A DNA stretch of 64,000 nt. Source: Rhynchopus sp. YZ270_cl-10. Lineage: Eukaryota. Positions 8,843-19,204 of this stretch are shown here, piece by piece; position 1 is the stretch's first letter, and every line of letters begins with the position of its first letter. The stretch spans positions 1,364,001-1,428,000 of the forward strand of contig OZ037838.1 of assembly GCA_964035575.1 (NCBI GenBank). The letters are read 5' to 3'. The translations under genes were made by a program, and so were the position numbers. The notes below the pieces were generated by a model. The model was not told where the DNA came from. It saw only the letters and a program-made list of their open reading frames with translations, and made no database searches.

Positions 8843-11673
8843 CTCCACCCCCTCGAGTCAACTCAAACCACCCCTCTTTCTGTTTTTTCCCCCCTACACA
8901 CACTCTTTCCAAACCTTTTGAACCCCAAACCGAAAAAACGAGGCCGCCCACTGAAAGTCGAACCAATTTTGTCCCAACCCCAAAGAGCCGCACTGATGTC
9001 TTGCGTGAAGGACACCCTGAAGAAATCCCTCTCGAGAGACAGATGGCAGAACCTGTCGTACCTGTTCCGGAGGTTTCTGGAGTTCAAGCAGAAGTGGGAG
9101 GCCTGCACCGGAAACCCCCTGGAGATGGATCTGGCCATTGTGCTGTGGGTCGAGCGCTTGCGAGAGATGGACTGCATCGCCAACAGCAGCGCCCTTCAGT
9201 ACTCCTACGACATCGTCTCCGCATTGCAACGAATGGCCTACCACAAAATGGCATTCTCAATGCTGTTGGAGGATTACCGGGGGGCATTGAAGAGATTGGG
9301 GGCGTTGAAGCCGAAACAGCAGGCAGTACCGGCATGCCCAGAGGAGGTAGAGGAGACACTCCGCCAGACTCCCTCCCCCGTGCTGAAGCTGGCAATCAGC
9401 ATGTGCTGGCTGGGTGCGGCAAGGGCATCGGATGTGCTGCGGCTGCGTGCGGAGGAGGTGGTGACCCGAGAGGACGGAGTCACCAGCGTGAACTGGGTAA
9501 CCACGAAATCCGATCCTTTCCGTATCGGCCAACAGACAGGTCTGAACATCGAACACTCCTCTTTTCTCACCCTAAAGAAGCTCCTCAAGACGGCGAAGAG
9601 GTCACGAGACACACTCATCTTCAAAGACGTGACGTTCCAACACATCAATACCGCACTAAAGAAAGTGAACCCCACCCTCACCCCGCACTCGTTGAGGCGA
9701 GGAGCGTGCTACCAGCTCCTGAAGGAAGGAATGCCGTTGGAGGAAATACAAAAGGTGTCCAGACACAAAACCATAGAGGGGTTGCTGCGATACCTGCCGG
9801 CGGCGGGGATAAGGAGAGTTGCAGACACAGCATCACTGTCACAGGCCCTACGCATAAAATTAGACGACTGAACGTCCAGAAATGTTTCCCCCAAAAACAG
9901 TTTGGCCCATCGCTTTTCTCCAACTATGACACAGCCCTGACCCCTCCACCGATCCATGATATAAACAAAGATGTTCCAGATGTACAACTCCCGTCCTCCT
10001 CCCCTGAAGGTGAAGAATTCGGTCCTCTGCAAATGCTATACGATGAAGCTATTGCTGTCCACTTCAGAGACCGTACCATCAGGAACCCCACATCGAAGAC
10101 ACGATCCCCAGGCTCTGACAGGATTGCTCCCATATGCACGACCCGAATCGACATCCAAAAGCTCAAAGAGATTGACATAAGGGGCGAATTAAGGGGTGAA
10201 GCAGGAGAACCATACAACTTGTTAGACATTATCTCCACAAAAACTGTCTTCTGCAAAGTCTTCAGAGAAGATGCCCTCTCCAAACTTACAGCCGACCCAC
10301 GTCTCAAAAACCGCATATCACGACACATGGGCTCCCATTTTGAAGACCTGCAAAAATACGACGTCCTAGAAAAGGCATCCGGTCCCCAGTCTGTAGTGAT
10401 GCACGGTTTCACAGTCAAAAAATCATCCGGGGGTTTGAGATTCGTCATGGATGGGAGAAAGCTCAACGACCTCATGGTGCGACCTCCCCAAATGCGACTA
10501 CCACTCATTACTGACGTGATCAGCAGAATTCTGATACAGAGATGGACCATCCTCACTGACGGACAAAGCTGGTTTTACCAGTTCCCACTCCACAGCGACA
10601 TACGGCCGTTTTTCGGCATAAATGTGGGGAATGCTCGTGGCGATTTTGTCCATGCGTGGTTAAAGGTTTTATGCATGGGCTGGTCGTTCGCCCCATGTTT
10701 GGCACAGAGGACTGCGCGCACGCTTCTACCTGACGAGGAGGGTGTTACATGGGTCGACAACTTCATCTTACTGTCCCAAACACGTGAGGGAGTGGAAGAA
10801 AACTACAAGAAATTTCTGAACCGATGCGCTTACGTGAACGCAACCATGCACGCGGACGGGGAGGTATACGGGGTTGCCACACAAAAGTTCACCACCCTTG
10901 GGCTTGCTTTCGACCTTACACATCAACGTTACAAATCAGATCCAAAATGGCTCGAAAAATTTTCAAAAAAGGAGGAATGCGAAAGGCTCCATACGGCACA
11001 GATCACCCCACGAGAGTTCTTCACAGTTTTTGGATCCATTGTGTGGCATTGTTACACTACCAACAGACGCCTCTGTTTTTTAGCCGCCTCTCTCTCCTTC
11101 ATAGCTGAACTTGCAGCTTTCACTGCTACCGACATCCTCAACTGGGACTTACCCGTACCGCTTCGCCCGTCGACACGAACAGAAACCATTGAGAGAACCG
11201 CACTGATGAACGTGAACAACTGGATTTACCCACAGCCGAATGTGCCCCGTGTGACAGCGTGGTCAGATGCGTCCTCCCGCGAATGGGCAGCGTTGGTCGA
11301 GGGTGACTTTATGAAAGTAGCGCAAGGCATATTCAACAGTGCATGGTCACCTCAACATATTTTCTACAAGGAGCTGTACGCCGCACACCAGGCGGTGGCC
11401 TTGGCAGCATCCCTGACGTCCAACGTGAAGCTACACCTGTTCGTGGACAACCTTCCCGCGGTGAAATGCATCGTCAACGGTCACTCGACGAAGTACCGTG
11501 CGAACCGCATTCTGCAGAGCCTGTTCGAGACTGCAGAGGCTCGTCACCTCCAAATCTCCTGCTCCTGGGTACCTTCCGAAGAGCAAAAGGCCGACGTTTT
11601 CACCCGAGGGAAGAAGGCTGCTGTGGAAGATGTAGTGTTGCTGTGTGTGAACGATTGTGATAGGGTATTCTAA
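8821..11673 (+). CDS. Pol frame: reverse transcriptase + RNase H (probably reached by -1 frameshift from gag)
   Basis: Frame is open from 8821 (after TAA 8818-8820) to 11673. RT motifs LRFVMDGRKLN, TDGQSWFYQ, LCMGWSFAP, WVDN; DIRS-type RNase H motifs WSDAS, HIFYKE, FVDN, WVPSEEQKAD. Confidence 0.9.
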   Translation, partial: GGKGGELTPPPRVNSNHPSFCFFPPTHTLSKPFEPQTEKTRPPTESRTNFVPTPKSRTDVLREGHPEEIPLERQMAEPVVPVPEVSGVQAEVGGLHRKPPGDGSGHCAVGRALARDGLHRQQQRPSVLLRHRLRIATNGLPQNGILNAVGGLPGGIEEIGGVEAETAGSTGMPRGGRGDTPPDSLPRAEAGNQHVLAGCGKGIGCAAAACGGGGDPRGRSHQRELGNHEIRSFPYRPTDRSEHRTLLFSHPKEAPQDGEEVTRHTHLQRRDVPTHQYRTKESEPHPHPALVEARSVLPAPEGRNAVGGNTKGVQTQNHRGVAAIPAGGGDKESCRHSITVTGPTHKIRRLNVQKCFPQKQFGPSLFSNYDTALTPPPIHDINKDVPDVQLPSSSPEGEEFGPLQMLYDEAIAVHFRDRTIRNPTSKTRSPGSDRIAPICTTRIDIQKLKEIDIRGELRGEAGEPYNLLDIISTKTVFCKVFREDALSKLTADPRLKNRISRHMGSHFEDLQKYDVLEKASGPQSVVMHGFTVKKSSGGLRFVMDGRKLNDLMVRPPQMRLPLITDVISRILIQRWTILTDGQSWFYQFPLHSDIRPFFGINVGNARGDFVHAWLKVLCMGWSFAPCLAQRTARTLLPDEEGVTWVDNFILLSQTREGVEENYKKFLNRCAYVNATMHADGEVYGVATQKFTTLGLAFDLTHQRYKSDPKWLEKFSKKEECERLHTAQITPREFFTVFGSIVWHCYTTNRRLCFLAASLSFIAELAAFTATDILNWDLPVPLRPSTRTETIERTALMNVNNWIYPQPNVPRVTAWSDASSREWAALVEGDFMKVAQGIFNSAWSPQHIFYKELYAAHQAVALAASLTSNVKLHLFVDNLPAVKCIVNGHSTKYRANRILQSLFETAEARHLQISCSWVPSEEQKADVFTRGKKAAVEDVVLLCVNDCDRVF
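8996..9871 (+). CDS. Tyrosine recombinase
   Basis: Catalytic residues R (ARASD), K (TKSD), HxxR (HSLRRG), H (SRHK), Y (LRYL). First ATG at 8996; frame is open from 8843, in frame with gag. Confidence 0.9.
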   Translation: MSCVKDTLKKSLSRDRWQNLSYLFRRFLEFKQKWEACTGNPLEMDLAIVLWVERLREMDCIANSSALQYSYDIVSALQRMAYHKMAFSMLLEDYRGALKRLGALKPKQQAVPACPEEVEETLRQTPSPVLKLAISMCWLGAARASDVLRLRAEEVVTREDGVTSVNWVTTKSDPFRIGQQTGLNIEHSSFLTLKKLLKTAKRSRDTLIFKDVTFQHINTALKKVNPTLTPHSLRRGACYQLLKEGMPLEEIQKVSRHKTIEGLLRYLPAAGIRRVADTASLSQALRIKLDD

Positions 11674-11721
11674 TACAGCTTTACGTCGCGCTGCGTCCCC
11701 TTCATGGCAAAAGGGTTCGGA

Positions 11722-12172
11722 GTGGAAGCGAACAACAAACAACTTTTACTTTTTTCCCCCCCGTTTATAGTCTTTTGAGCAACAAGCAAAGAGGAACGAG
11801 TCTCTCGAGCATTTTTAGTAAACACGTAGTATTTGACAAAATGCTCGAGACCCTCGTGAAAAGTCGCGCGTCTGCGTATCCCGCTCCCCGCTTGTTTCCC
11901 CCTCTTTTCCCCCCTGTGCTCCACGACACTTTCTGTACTTCAGGCAAACACAACCATATCGTAAATCAAGTCGAAGAAAAAAAAAAAAAAAAAAAAAAAG
12001 TCCACACCCACGAGGCGAGCGTTTTGGCAGGCGCTTGTAAGGACAGCCAAAAGACTTGAATCTGAGTGCAGAAGTGGTGTGGAAGCGAACAACAAACAAC
12101 TTTTACTTTTTTCCCCCCCGTTTATAGTCTTTTGAGCAACAAGCAAAGAGGAACGAGTCTCTCGAGCATTTT
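11722..12172 (+). repeat. 3' split direct repeats B1-A2-(spacer)-B2
   Basis: B1 11722-11815 equals B2 12079-12172; A2 is 11809-11999. Confidence 0.9.
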
Positions 12173-12579
12173 GCACAACTTGGAAATTTTTCCCGTGCAA
12201 CATTTGTACAATTGGCAGTAGTTATATCATAGGTGCGTGCCACTCTGTGTATATTACTTCTGTGGTTGACACTCATACTTATCGCCCGCTTCGTCCCTCC
12301 CATCCTGATAGCAGTGAGCAAACGTGCTGAGTTTTCCTCCCCAAGTAAACCTGTTTTATATTTTGACGGCCAGCTTCAGAGGAAGGTGCGCTTGGCCTGT
12401 TGGTCGGGAGGGTCAGGGAACAGAGGTGTGTCTGGGTTGCTTTGTTGGCGTCTATCAAGGCTTCCATATCAATGTGAGCACAGTGTTGCCTTCCCATTCT
12501 TTGAATGTCGTTGACCTGAACACTCGAGTTGCAAAGTCATACAATACATCACATCAAACAACAGACCCTGAAGAAAACA

Positions 12580-13704
12580 ATGGATGTGACCTTTGTGCTG
12601 GAAGAGTCAGGCGTGACTGCGACAGTGGAGGTGCCGTGCGAGGCGGACGTTGCAGCGGCGAAGGAGGTTGCGTGCACGGCGCTTGCTGTCTCGCCTGCGT
12701 CTGTCGAGATGCGCATCGGCACGCAGGTGCTGGAGGGGACGTGCCGTCTGCAGGACACTGCGTTTGATGCAGGGGTGCAGGTTGTGCTTGCCCGCCGCTT
12801 TGCCGACATCAAGTGTCCTGCTGAGTGCAGTGCAGAGGTGGTGCCAACTGGTGCGCAGCGGATGAATCGTTTATCGCTGTCTCCTTGTGGAGCACTCTGC
12901 CTCTTTACACAGGAGGATGGCTATGTGACCGGCCTCGATACAGAAACCTTCAGCCCTGCCTTCAGGTTCAAAGTAGACATTGAGGTGTGGGGTATGCCTG
13001 CCATCTCGCAGTGCAAGACACGCTGCTACCTGCGGTGCTGGGAAGGTGTCCACGTGGTTGCGCTTCCTGGTGGGGAGGTGCTCCGCAAAGTCGACGGCAT
13101 TTGCGGCACGACGTGCGCAGTAACTGCGGGTGGCGGTATTGTTGTCTTCCATGTCCTAGACGGCATCTCTGTGTGTGACGAAGACCTGACGTTGCTCCGC
13201 ACTATCTCGCACAAGGGTTGTAGACACATGACAGTGTCTGACTGTGGTGGGTGGGTGATCACCTGCTCCTTCAGTGAGATGAACGCGCGTCTGTGGGATG
13301 TGAACACAGGAGAAGATGTGGCATGTGTCCCCGAGGCTGGGGGGTACGTGGCGCTTTCACGATATGCCTCTGTCTTTGCTGTGGTGTGTAACGCAGTGTG
13401 CTCTAACAAAGTGCAGCTCTACGACTGGAGTGGTGCGGCTCTTCAGAACGCCACTATCTCTGGAGATGTCTGTGGCCTGCAATTCACCCAGTGTGGGAAG
13501 TACCTTGTGGTCCATGTGTACAAACCTCACCTACGTCAGGCAGAGCTGCACCAGTATGACGTGGCGACTCTGTCCTGTGTACTTGTGATTCCAGGCGTCA
13601 GCGGTCCGTCATTTGCGATATCACCGTGTTCGCGTGTGGTTGTGTTTGTATCAGCCGAAAGCACTAACGTTGCGACAAGACATCTGCACCCCCAGAACGA
13701 GTGA
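12580..13704 (+). CDS. Ubl + WD40-like propeller protein, copy 1
   Basis: MDVTFVLEESG... aligns by eye with the ubiquitin beta-grasp pattern; 7 blade repeats including ARLWDVNTG and VQLYDWSG; ends RHLHPQNE. Confidence 0.85.
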   Translation: MDVTFVLEESGVTATVEVPCEADVAAAKEVACTALAVSPASVEMRIGTQVLEGTCRLQDTAFDAGVQVVLARRFADIKCPAECSAEVVPTGAQRMNRLSLSPCGALCLFTQEDGYVTGLDTETFSPAFRFKVDIEVWGMPAISQCKTRCYLRCWEGVHVVALPGGEVLRKVDGICGTTCAVTAGGGIVVFHVLDGISVCDEDLTLLRTISHKGCRHMTVSDCGGWVITCSFSEMNARLWDVNTGEDVACVPEAGGYVALSRYASVFAVVCNAVCSNKVQLYDWSGAALQNATISGDVCGLQFTQCGKYLVVHVYKPHLRQAELHQYDVATLSCVLVIPGVSGPSFAISPCSRVVVFVSAESTNVATRHLHPQNE

Positions 13705-14158
13705 TCCGTCTTGCCACCACACACCTATCCAGTGATGGCAGATCTGCATCCACGAGCAAGACACCGCAGGCCACCATGTCGCAACCGAACACCACATCGC
13801 CTCCCGCCAGCGACATATTTTTACTACAAACAATATTGTCTCCGAATTCCCTCAGGGTTTGCACGCCGCAGAAGGAACGGAGCCAGAAATGATCGCAAAT
13901 GTGTGCCTTTCACTGCTTGTGTTTGATTGCTTTATTTTTAGTAAGGGTGCAGACAAAGGAAGAGTAGGAGGGCGGTTTCAATTTTATCTAGCCACCCAAA
14001 CAACGACCCCCATCCCTCGTTCCCTCTTTCCACGTGTCTTTGTTAAAACCCTCTCCTGTTGGTGGAAGCTACAGACACAGTGAGAACATCACAAACACAC
14101 AAAACAACCCACACCCCATCTCCTCCTGACAGAGGTGGAACAAGAAAAAGACAAAACA

Positions 14159-15265
14159 ATGGATGTGACCTTTGTGCTGGAAGAGTCAGGCGTGACTGCG
14201 ACAGTGGAGGTGCCGTGCGAGGCGGACGTTGCAGCGGCAAAGGAGGTTGCGTGCACGGCGCTTGCTGTCTCGCCTGCGTCTGTCGAGATGCGCATCGGCA
14301 CGCAGGTGCTGGAGGGGACGTGCCGTCTGCAGGACACTGCGTTTGATGCAGGGGTGCAGGTTGTGCTTGCCCGCCGCTTTGCCGACATCAAGTGTCCTGC
14401 TGAGTACAGAGTTGAGGTGCCAACTGGTGCGCAGCGTATGGATATAGATCGTTTAACGCTGTCTCCTTGTGGAGCACTCTGCCTCTTTACACAAGATGCA
14501 GGCTATGTCACCGGCTTCGATACAGAAACCTTCAGCCCTGCCTTCAGGTTCAAAGTAGACATTGTGGTGGGCAGTGCGCTTGCCATATCACGATGCAAGA
14601 CACGCTGCTACATGCGGTGCTGGGAAGCTCTGCACGAGGTTGCTCTTCCTGGTGGGGAGGTGCTCCGCAAAGTCGACACCTCGTTCCAAGTATTCGCGTG
14701 TGGTGGTGTTGTTGTCTCGAAAGGCAAAGACGGCGTCTCTGTGTATGACGAAGACCTGACGTTGCTCCGCTCTCTCTTGCACAAGGGTTGTCAGAGTTTG
14801 GCAGTGTCAAACTGTGGTGGGTGGGTGATCACCTCCTCCGTCACTGAGAAGAATGCACGTCTGTGGGATGTGAACACAGGTGAAGCTGTTGCATGTGTGC
14901 CTGCGGTTGGGTGGCATGTGGCGCTTTCACGGTCTGCCTCTGTCTTTGCTGTGGAATGCTCTGACAAAGTGCAGCTCTATGACTGGAGTGGTGCGGCTCT
15001 TGGCATCTTTGGAAAGGAGCAATGTGACGTCTATGCAGTACAGTTCACTCCGTGTGGGAAGTACGTCGTTGTTTGCTTTGAGAGTGGTGAACTATTTCAT
15101 GAAGAGTACACTCTGCACCAGTATGATGTGGCGACCATGTCCTGTGTGCGCACGTTCCGTGGCGTCGCTCCCTTTGAACTCACGATATCCCCGTGTTCAC
15201 GTGTGGTAGTGTTTGCGAACGAGGGACGAGACACCATTGTGACGAGACATCTGTACCCCTACTGA
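14159..15265 (+). CDS. Ubl + WD40-like propeller protein, copy 2
   Basis: Intact paralog; ends RHLYPY. Confidence 0.85.
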   Translation: MDVTFVLEESGVTATVEVPCEADVAAAKEVACTALAVSPASVEMRIGTQVLEGTCRLQDTAFDAGVQVVLARRFADIKCPAEYRVEVPTGAQRMDIDRLTLSPCGALCLFTQDAGYVTGFDTETFSPAFRFKVDIVVGSALAISRCKTRCYMRCWEALHEVALPGGEVLRKVDTSFQVFACGGVVVSKGKDGVSVYDEDLTLLRSLLHKGCQSLAVSNCGGWVITSSVTEKNARLWDVNTGEAVACVPAVGWHVALSRSASVFAVECSDKVQLYDWSGAALGIFGKEQCDVYAVQFTPCGKYVVVCFESGELFHEEYTLHQYDVATMSCVRTFRGVAPFELTISPCSRVVVFANEGRDTIVTRHLYPY

Positions 15266-15689
15266 GTGATGTTTTGCGAGAGGTTGTGTTTGTGCAGCTT
15301 CTCGCAGGCAGTCCACCCCAGAAGCACCTCCTCGCTGTCGCTGAGCAGTTGCAGCAGTGTTCGTTTCACTCCCCCCTGAATGCGTATCGCACTCTACCTC
15401 GTTACTACATTCATGTAAGGAGGATTGGTCTGGAAGGTGCTCCACATAGCTGCTCTTAAGGGTCGTGGTGGTCTACGTGAGGCTCATCTTTTCTGCACCG
15501 TCACGGCAGCGGTGCTGCAATGTGGACACCACAGTCGTCTGTCAAAGCATACCCCTACACTCCCCATATGCCCCCACCTACCGCATCCCCCCCTCGCGGA
15601 GCTGTCGCGGAACATGTGAGTAAACCTTTTTCCATTTTGGCGTCGTGACAGTTTCAGAGCTATGCAATGGTGTAGAAGGCAAGGAGCGT

Positions 15690-15915
15690 GCGGACATCTG
15701 CCCCGATTTCCGTAATCACACACAGCTTCTAGCCAGAGACGCCTGCAAGGTGCTCTTGCCTGGTCTTCTGAGTGAGGAGCATTTCTGCAGCGTTGACGGC
15801 ACTTCGCAGTCAGTGTTTCTGTGGCTGTTTTGTTGCTATTGGGGTTTTTGTAGATACAGCAACAGGCGGTATTATAAGAGAGGCATCTGTACCCACAACA
15901 GTGAGTGATGTTTCG
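15690..15915 (+). pseudogene. Highly degraded remnant of the Ubl-propeller family
   Basis: Fragments resembling VALPG..VDGTS.SVF and gaggcatctgtaccc...gagtgatgttt (the family 3' end); duplicated at ~23610-23835. Confidence 0.5.
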
Positions 15916-16199
15916 CGAGGGGTGGGAGGGCGGGGCTGCAAGTATACGTATTATACGTATAATACGTTCCAACGTATATATACGTTGGGCTGGGGGAGGA
16001 AAAAGCTAAATATACGTTACCCATACGTTGCCCTTTGTTGTACTGTACCAGTCCCCTATGCGACGGGGGTTATCCCGGAATAAGCGCACTTCGAGAACGG
16101 CATCTCCAAGTGCCCGGGTCTTACCCTCCTCGCCACAAAAACGGAAGAGGAACACACATAGTGGCTTGAGGAGTTGGGGAGCAGCAGTGCACCGGCAGC

Positions 16200-16470
16200 A
16201 GAAGAAGGCGAAGACCTCCGCAAAGGGGGCAAAAGAGGTTGTCACCGGGCCTCTTGATGCTCATGTGCAGAGAACAATGATGGGTGCCCACGAAGCTGAC
16301 CGCGTGATTGCCTCATGGTTGTTCTACACAGGACAACCCTGGACACCTCCTCTTCTGAGAGGATTCAGGAGATGATCGACACCGTGCGTCGGTTGCCGCC
16401 GCAGGCGGAGTACAAGGTGCCCCGACGGGACAAAGTCTCGGGGGGTTTGCTCGATGATGAGTACCACCGC
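16200..16470 (+). pseudogene. hAT transposase fragment (frameshifted)
   Basis: EADRVIASWLFYTGQPW / SERIQEMIDTVRRL..YKVPRRDKVSGGLLDDEY resembles the N-terminal region of DUF659-type hAT transposases. Confidence 0.6.
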
Positions 16471-16535
16471 TTTTTTGCTGTAGGAAATGGGTGCAACGTA
16501 TAGATAGCGTATAACGTATATTTGAACGTATATAT

Positions 16536-17630
16536 CAGTCGCTCCCCCGAAAAGTGTCAATTTGGTGGACCACCTTTCACTAAATTTCTACTCCACTAAT
16601 CTTATCGATTTTTTTTGCATTTTATCGCGCGGACTCCGGAAACGACGAACAGCGCGTTTTCGAGGAGAAAAAAAAATATTTAATTTCCTGGGATTCGGGT
16701 ACGAGGGCCGAAAAAGTGGTCTCAGGAAACTGACCTGTGGACCGACCAAAAGCCGAAAAAACTTTCCGAGAATGCTTTTTTTGGATTCATTCGTCAAAAA
16801 TCTTTCGATTCCGTACTTTTTTTTTTTTTTTTGAACCCCATTTTTTTCCTGTGGGATGGTCGGCTCTACCCCCCAAATCGAAATTTCACTACTTTTAATA
16901 GGGGAAAACACTAAGGAAAATGGCTCATAATACAGAACCTGTACTGTACTAATGCTGGAACATGTTGCTTTTGTGTGCGTGAAAGGGTGATCGCAGTCCT
17001 GCCGAAATACGTGCGTACCCTGGGTCCTGGTGTCTTCAGCTGACCGTCAACCTGAGGTCACGAGAAGAGGTGGGTGTACGTTGCCTGTCTCGCGCAGACA
17101 GGGGGGGTCCACTCTCTGTACACGACCTCTGTACACCCTGTGTGACTGCGCATCGGAGCAGTACTCCTACACGCGGGCGAAGCGAGAGGACAGGAAGAAG
17201 CAGCTGTCCCCCAATCAACAAAAAAGGCCACTTTTTTCGTACGGTTTTCTTGTACAGGCGCCTTTGAATGGGTTTTTACCCTATAGAAATACAGTGGTAA
17301 AGTGCAATAACCCCGTGGACCACCTTTCACTAAACTTCTACTCCACTAATCTTCTCATTTTTTTTTGTATTTTATTGCGCGGACTCCGGAAACGACGAAC
17401 AGCGCATTTTCCAGCTCCGGAAAAATAGGCTGATATCCTGGGATTTTGGAGAGATTTTCGGCAAAAACCGTTTTTTGGGATTTGACTAAATTTGATTTTT
17501 TCAAAAGTTCAAAATTCTTGCTCCAATGGAATCAGCGGGCAAATTTAAGCCCAAATACGTACTTTTTTCAAAAAAAATTTGACTTTTTTTTGGGGGTTTC
17601 TCAAATTGACACTTTTCAGGGGAGCGACTG
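16536..17630. mobile_element. MITE, TIR CAGTCGCTCCCC.GAAAAGTGTCAATTT
   Basis: ~28-bp TIRs; AT/ATAT TSD; internal ~130-bp direct repeat (~16565 and ~17315). Confidence 0.8.
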
Positions 17631-17647
17631 ATATACGTAGCGTATAT

Positions 17648-18891
17648 CACACATTCTCCGAAACTGCGTATCACTTGTGACCAACCATGGAGCCAATTTA
17701 AAGTGACTATTTTTCCACTAAAAAAATTCTCCGACCCCGGAATTTTTTCAGATCGCTCCGGAAATGCCATTCCGCGCCTTTTTGCAAAAAAATATTGCAC
17801 CCTGAGGTCATTAAACGTCTGTGTGCGTTGACGGGTGGATCCTACTAATTTCTCGCGCCCCAAAAAAAATATTTTTATTTTTATTTTGAAAGATCGGGTG
17901 TGAAAACGTTCAATTCCGGGGTCGGACGATTTTTTTTATGCCTCTCTTCATGTCGCAAAGGATTTTGGGAGGGAGGGGCGTTTTCAGGTATTCCCTGTAC
18001 TTTCCTAAGAGATCAGGTTAGAAACCCCTTTTTGGGTGGTCTTCGGTGACTTTGAACAAGATAAAACAAAAAAGCTTGCGTTTCTTTTATCGAACAGATT
18101 TTATTCTCCGCCCCGTACCCAAAACGTAAACACCACTTTGAATCAGAAAAAATATTTTCTTTTCTTTTTTCTTCCACACGCGCTTGGTTTTTGTGCAAGC
18201 TTTATATTGCCCCTAGTTTCGACGCGAAACGTTTCCCCATGTATTGCACGGGAAACAATATATATGACAAACAGGTGCAGGGTGGTTCCGTGCTTATCAT
18301 AGAACCCGGCACCTTGTGTGTCTTCCAAAAACCAAAAAGCGTTGTGTGTGAAGTTTTGAAGGAAGGAAAAATAAAAATTCCACTAAAAACGTTTTTATCA
18401 AAAGTTGCCAATTTTTTTTTCTTTGGAATTATTTTCAACAATTCTTTCAATTCTGACGATTTTTTTCCGCCGGAAAAATACTATGTGTCAGCCAGGTTTC
18501 GGTGGAGCCAACCCCATTTTTACACACAAATTGCAGCCAAATTGCCCTGTATATGGGTGTTCTACAATGGAGCCAATCCAATTTAATAGTTTTTTGACTA
18601 AATTTCTCGATTTTTTTTTCTTTGAAAAGTTTGGAGTCCGGAAACACCATTCCGCGCATTTTCAGACAGAATTATGCATCTGTCCTTTTCTCACCTGTTG
18701 CTGAGATTAGGAGGTAAAAACTCTCACGGTGATTTCAGAAAAAAGATTTTTTTTATTTTTTTGAGATTTTTATTTCTTTTGAAAGCGCGGTTTCGAAACG
18801 TTCAATTCCGGGGTCGGACGATAAAAAATATGCATCTGGGCCGAGTGAGTGAAAAATCTGAAAAATGATACGCAATTTCGGAGAATGTGTG
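17648..18891. mobile_element. MITE, TIR CACACATTCTCCGAAA.TGCGTATCA
   Basis: ~26-bp TIRs; AT/ATAT TSD; internal diverged direct repeat (~17685-17930 vs ~18565-18822). Confidence 0.8.
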
Positions 18892-19204
18892 ATATATACG
18901 TTCAAAAAGTGCCCGAGGAACGTATATATACAGCCCCGGTGGGAGGGTGGTGACTGTATTCTGACAGAAGGGGACAGTGCAAGTGTCTGCAGAGGGTATA
19001 CCACCAACTGCATAGGCCACACCGTCAATCTAGCCACGGGCAAGACATGAGATTTATGTTCACATTTTTGTGCAGGGTATCTTCAAATTGTTTGCTGTGT
19101 CAGAGTTTGTTGAAACACGTATTTAACCCCCCTAACCTTCTTTTTTGTCGTTGCGAAGTGACACCACCAACTATCATATCAAACACAACAGACCCCTTAA
19201 CAAA

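Larger units (their letters stand above)
4880..12172 (+). mobile_element. Tyrosine-recombinase retrotransposon (DIRS order; VIPER/TATE-like gene order, Ngaro/PAT-type split direct repeats)
   Basis: Repeat A at 4880-5065 and 11809-11999; repeat B at 11722-11815 and 12079-12172 (A1-ORFs-B1-A2-B2). Internal gag-like, YR and RT/RNaseH ORFs. Confidence 0.92.
15931..18938 (+). mobile_element. Internally deleted hAT-like transposon carrying two nested MITEs
   Basis: Termini CGGGGCTG / CAGCCCCG; 9-bp TSD GTGGGAGGG (15922-15930, 18939-18947); the empty site is present once in the paralogous unit (~23839). Contains a transposase fragment. Confidence 0.85.

Noticed and set aside
4880..11999. LTR retrotransposon interpretation of repeat A
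   Set aside because: No TG..CA ends, integrase or protease; the extra B repeats and the YR define split direct repeats.
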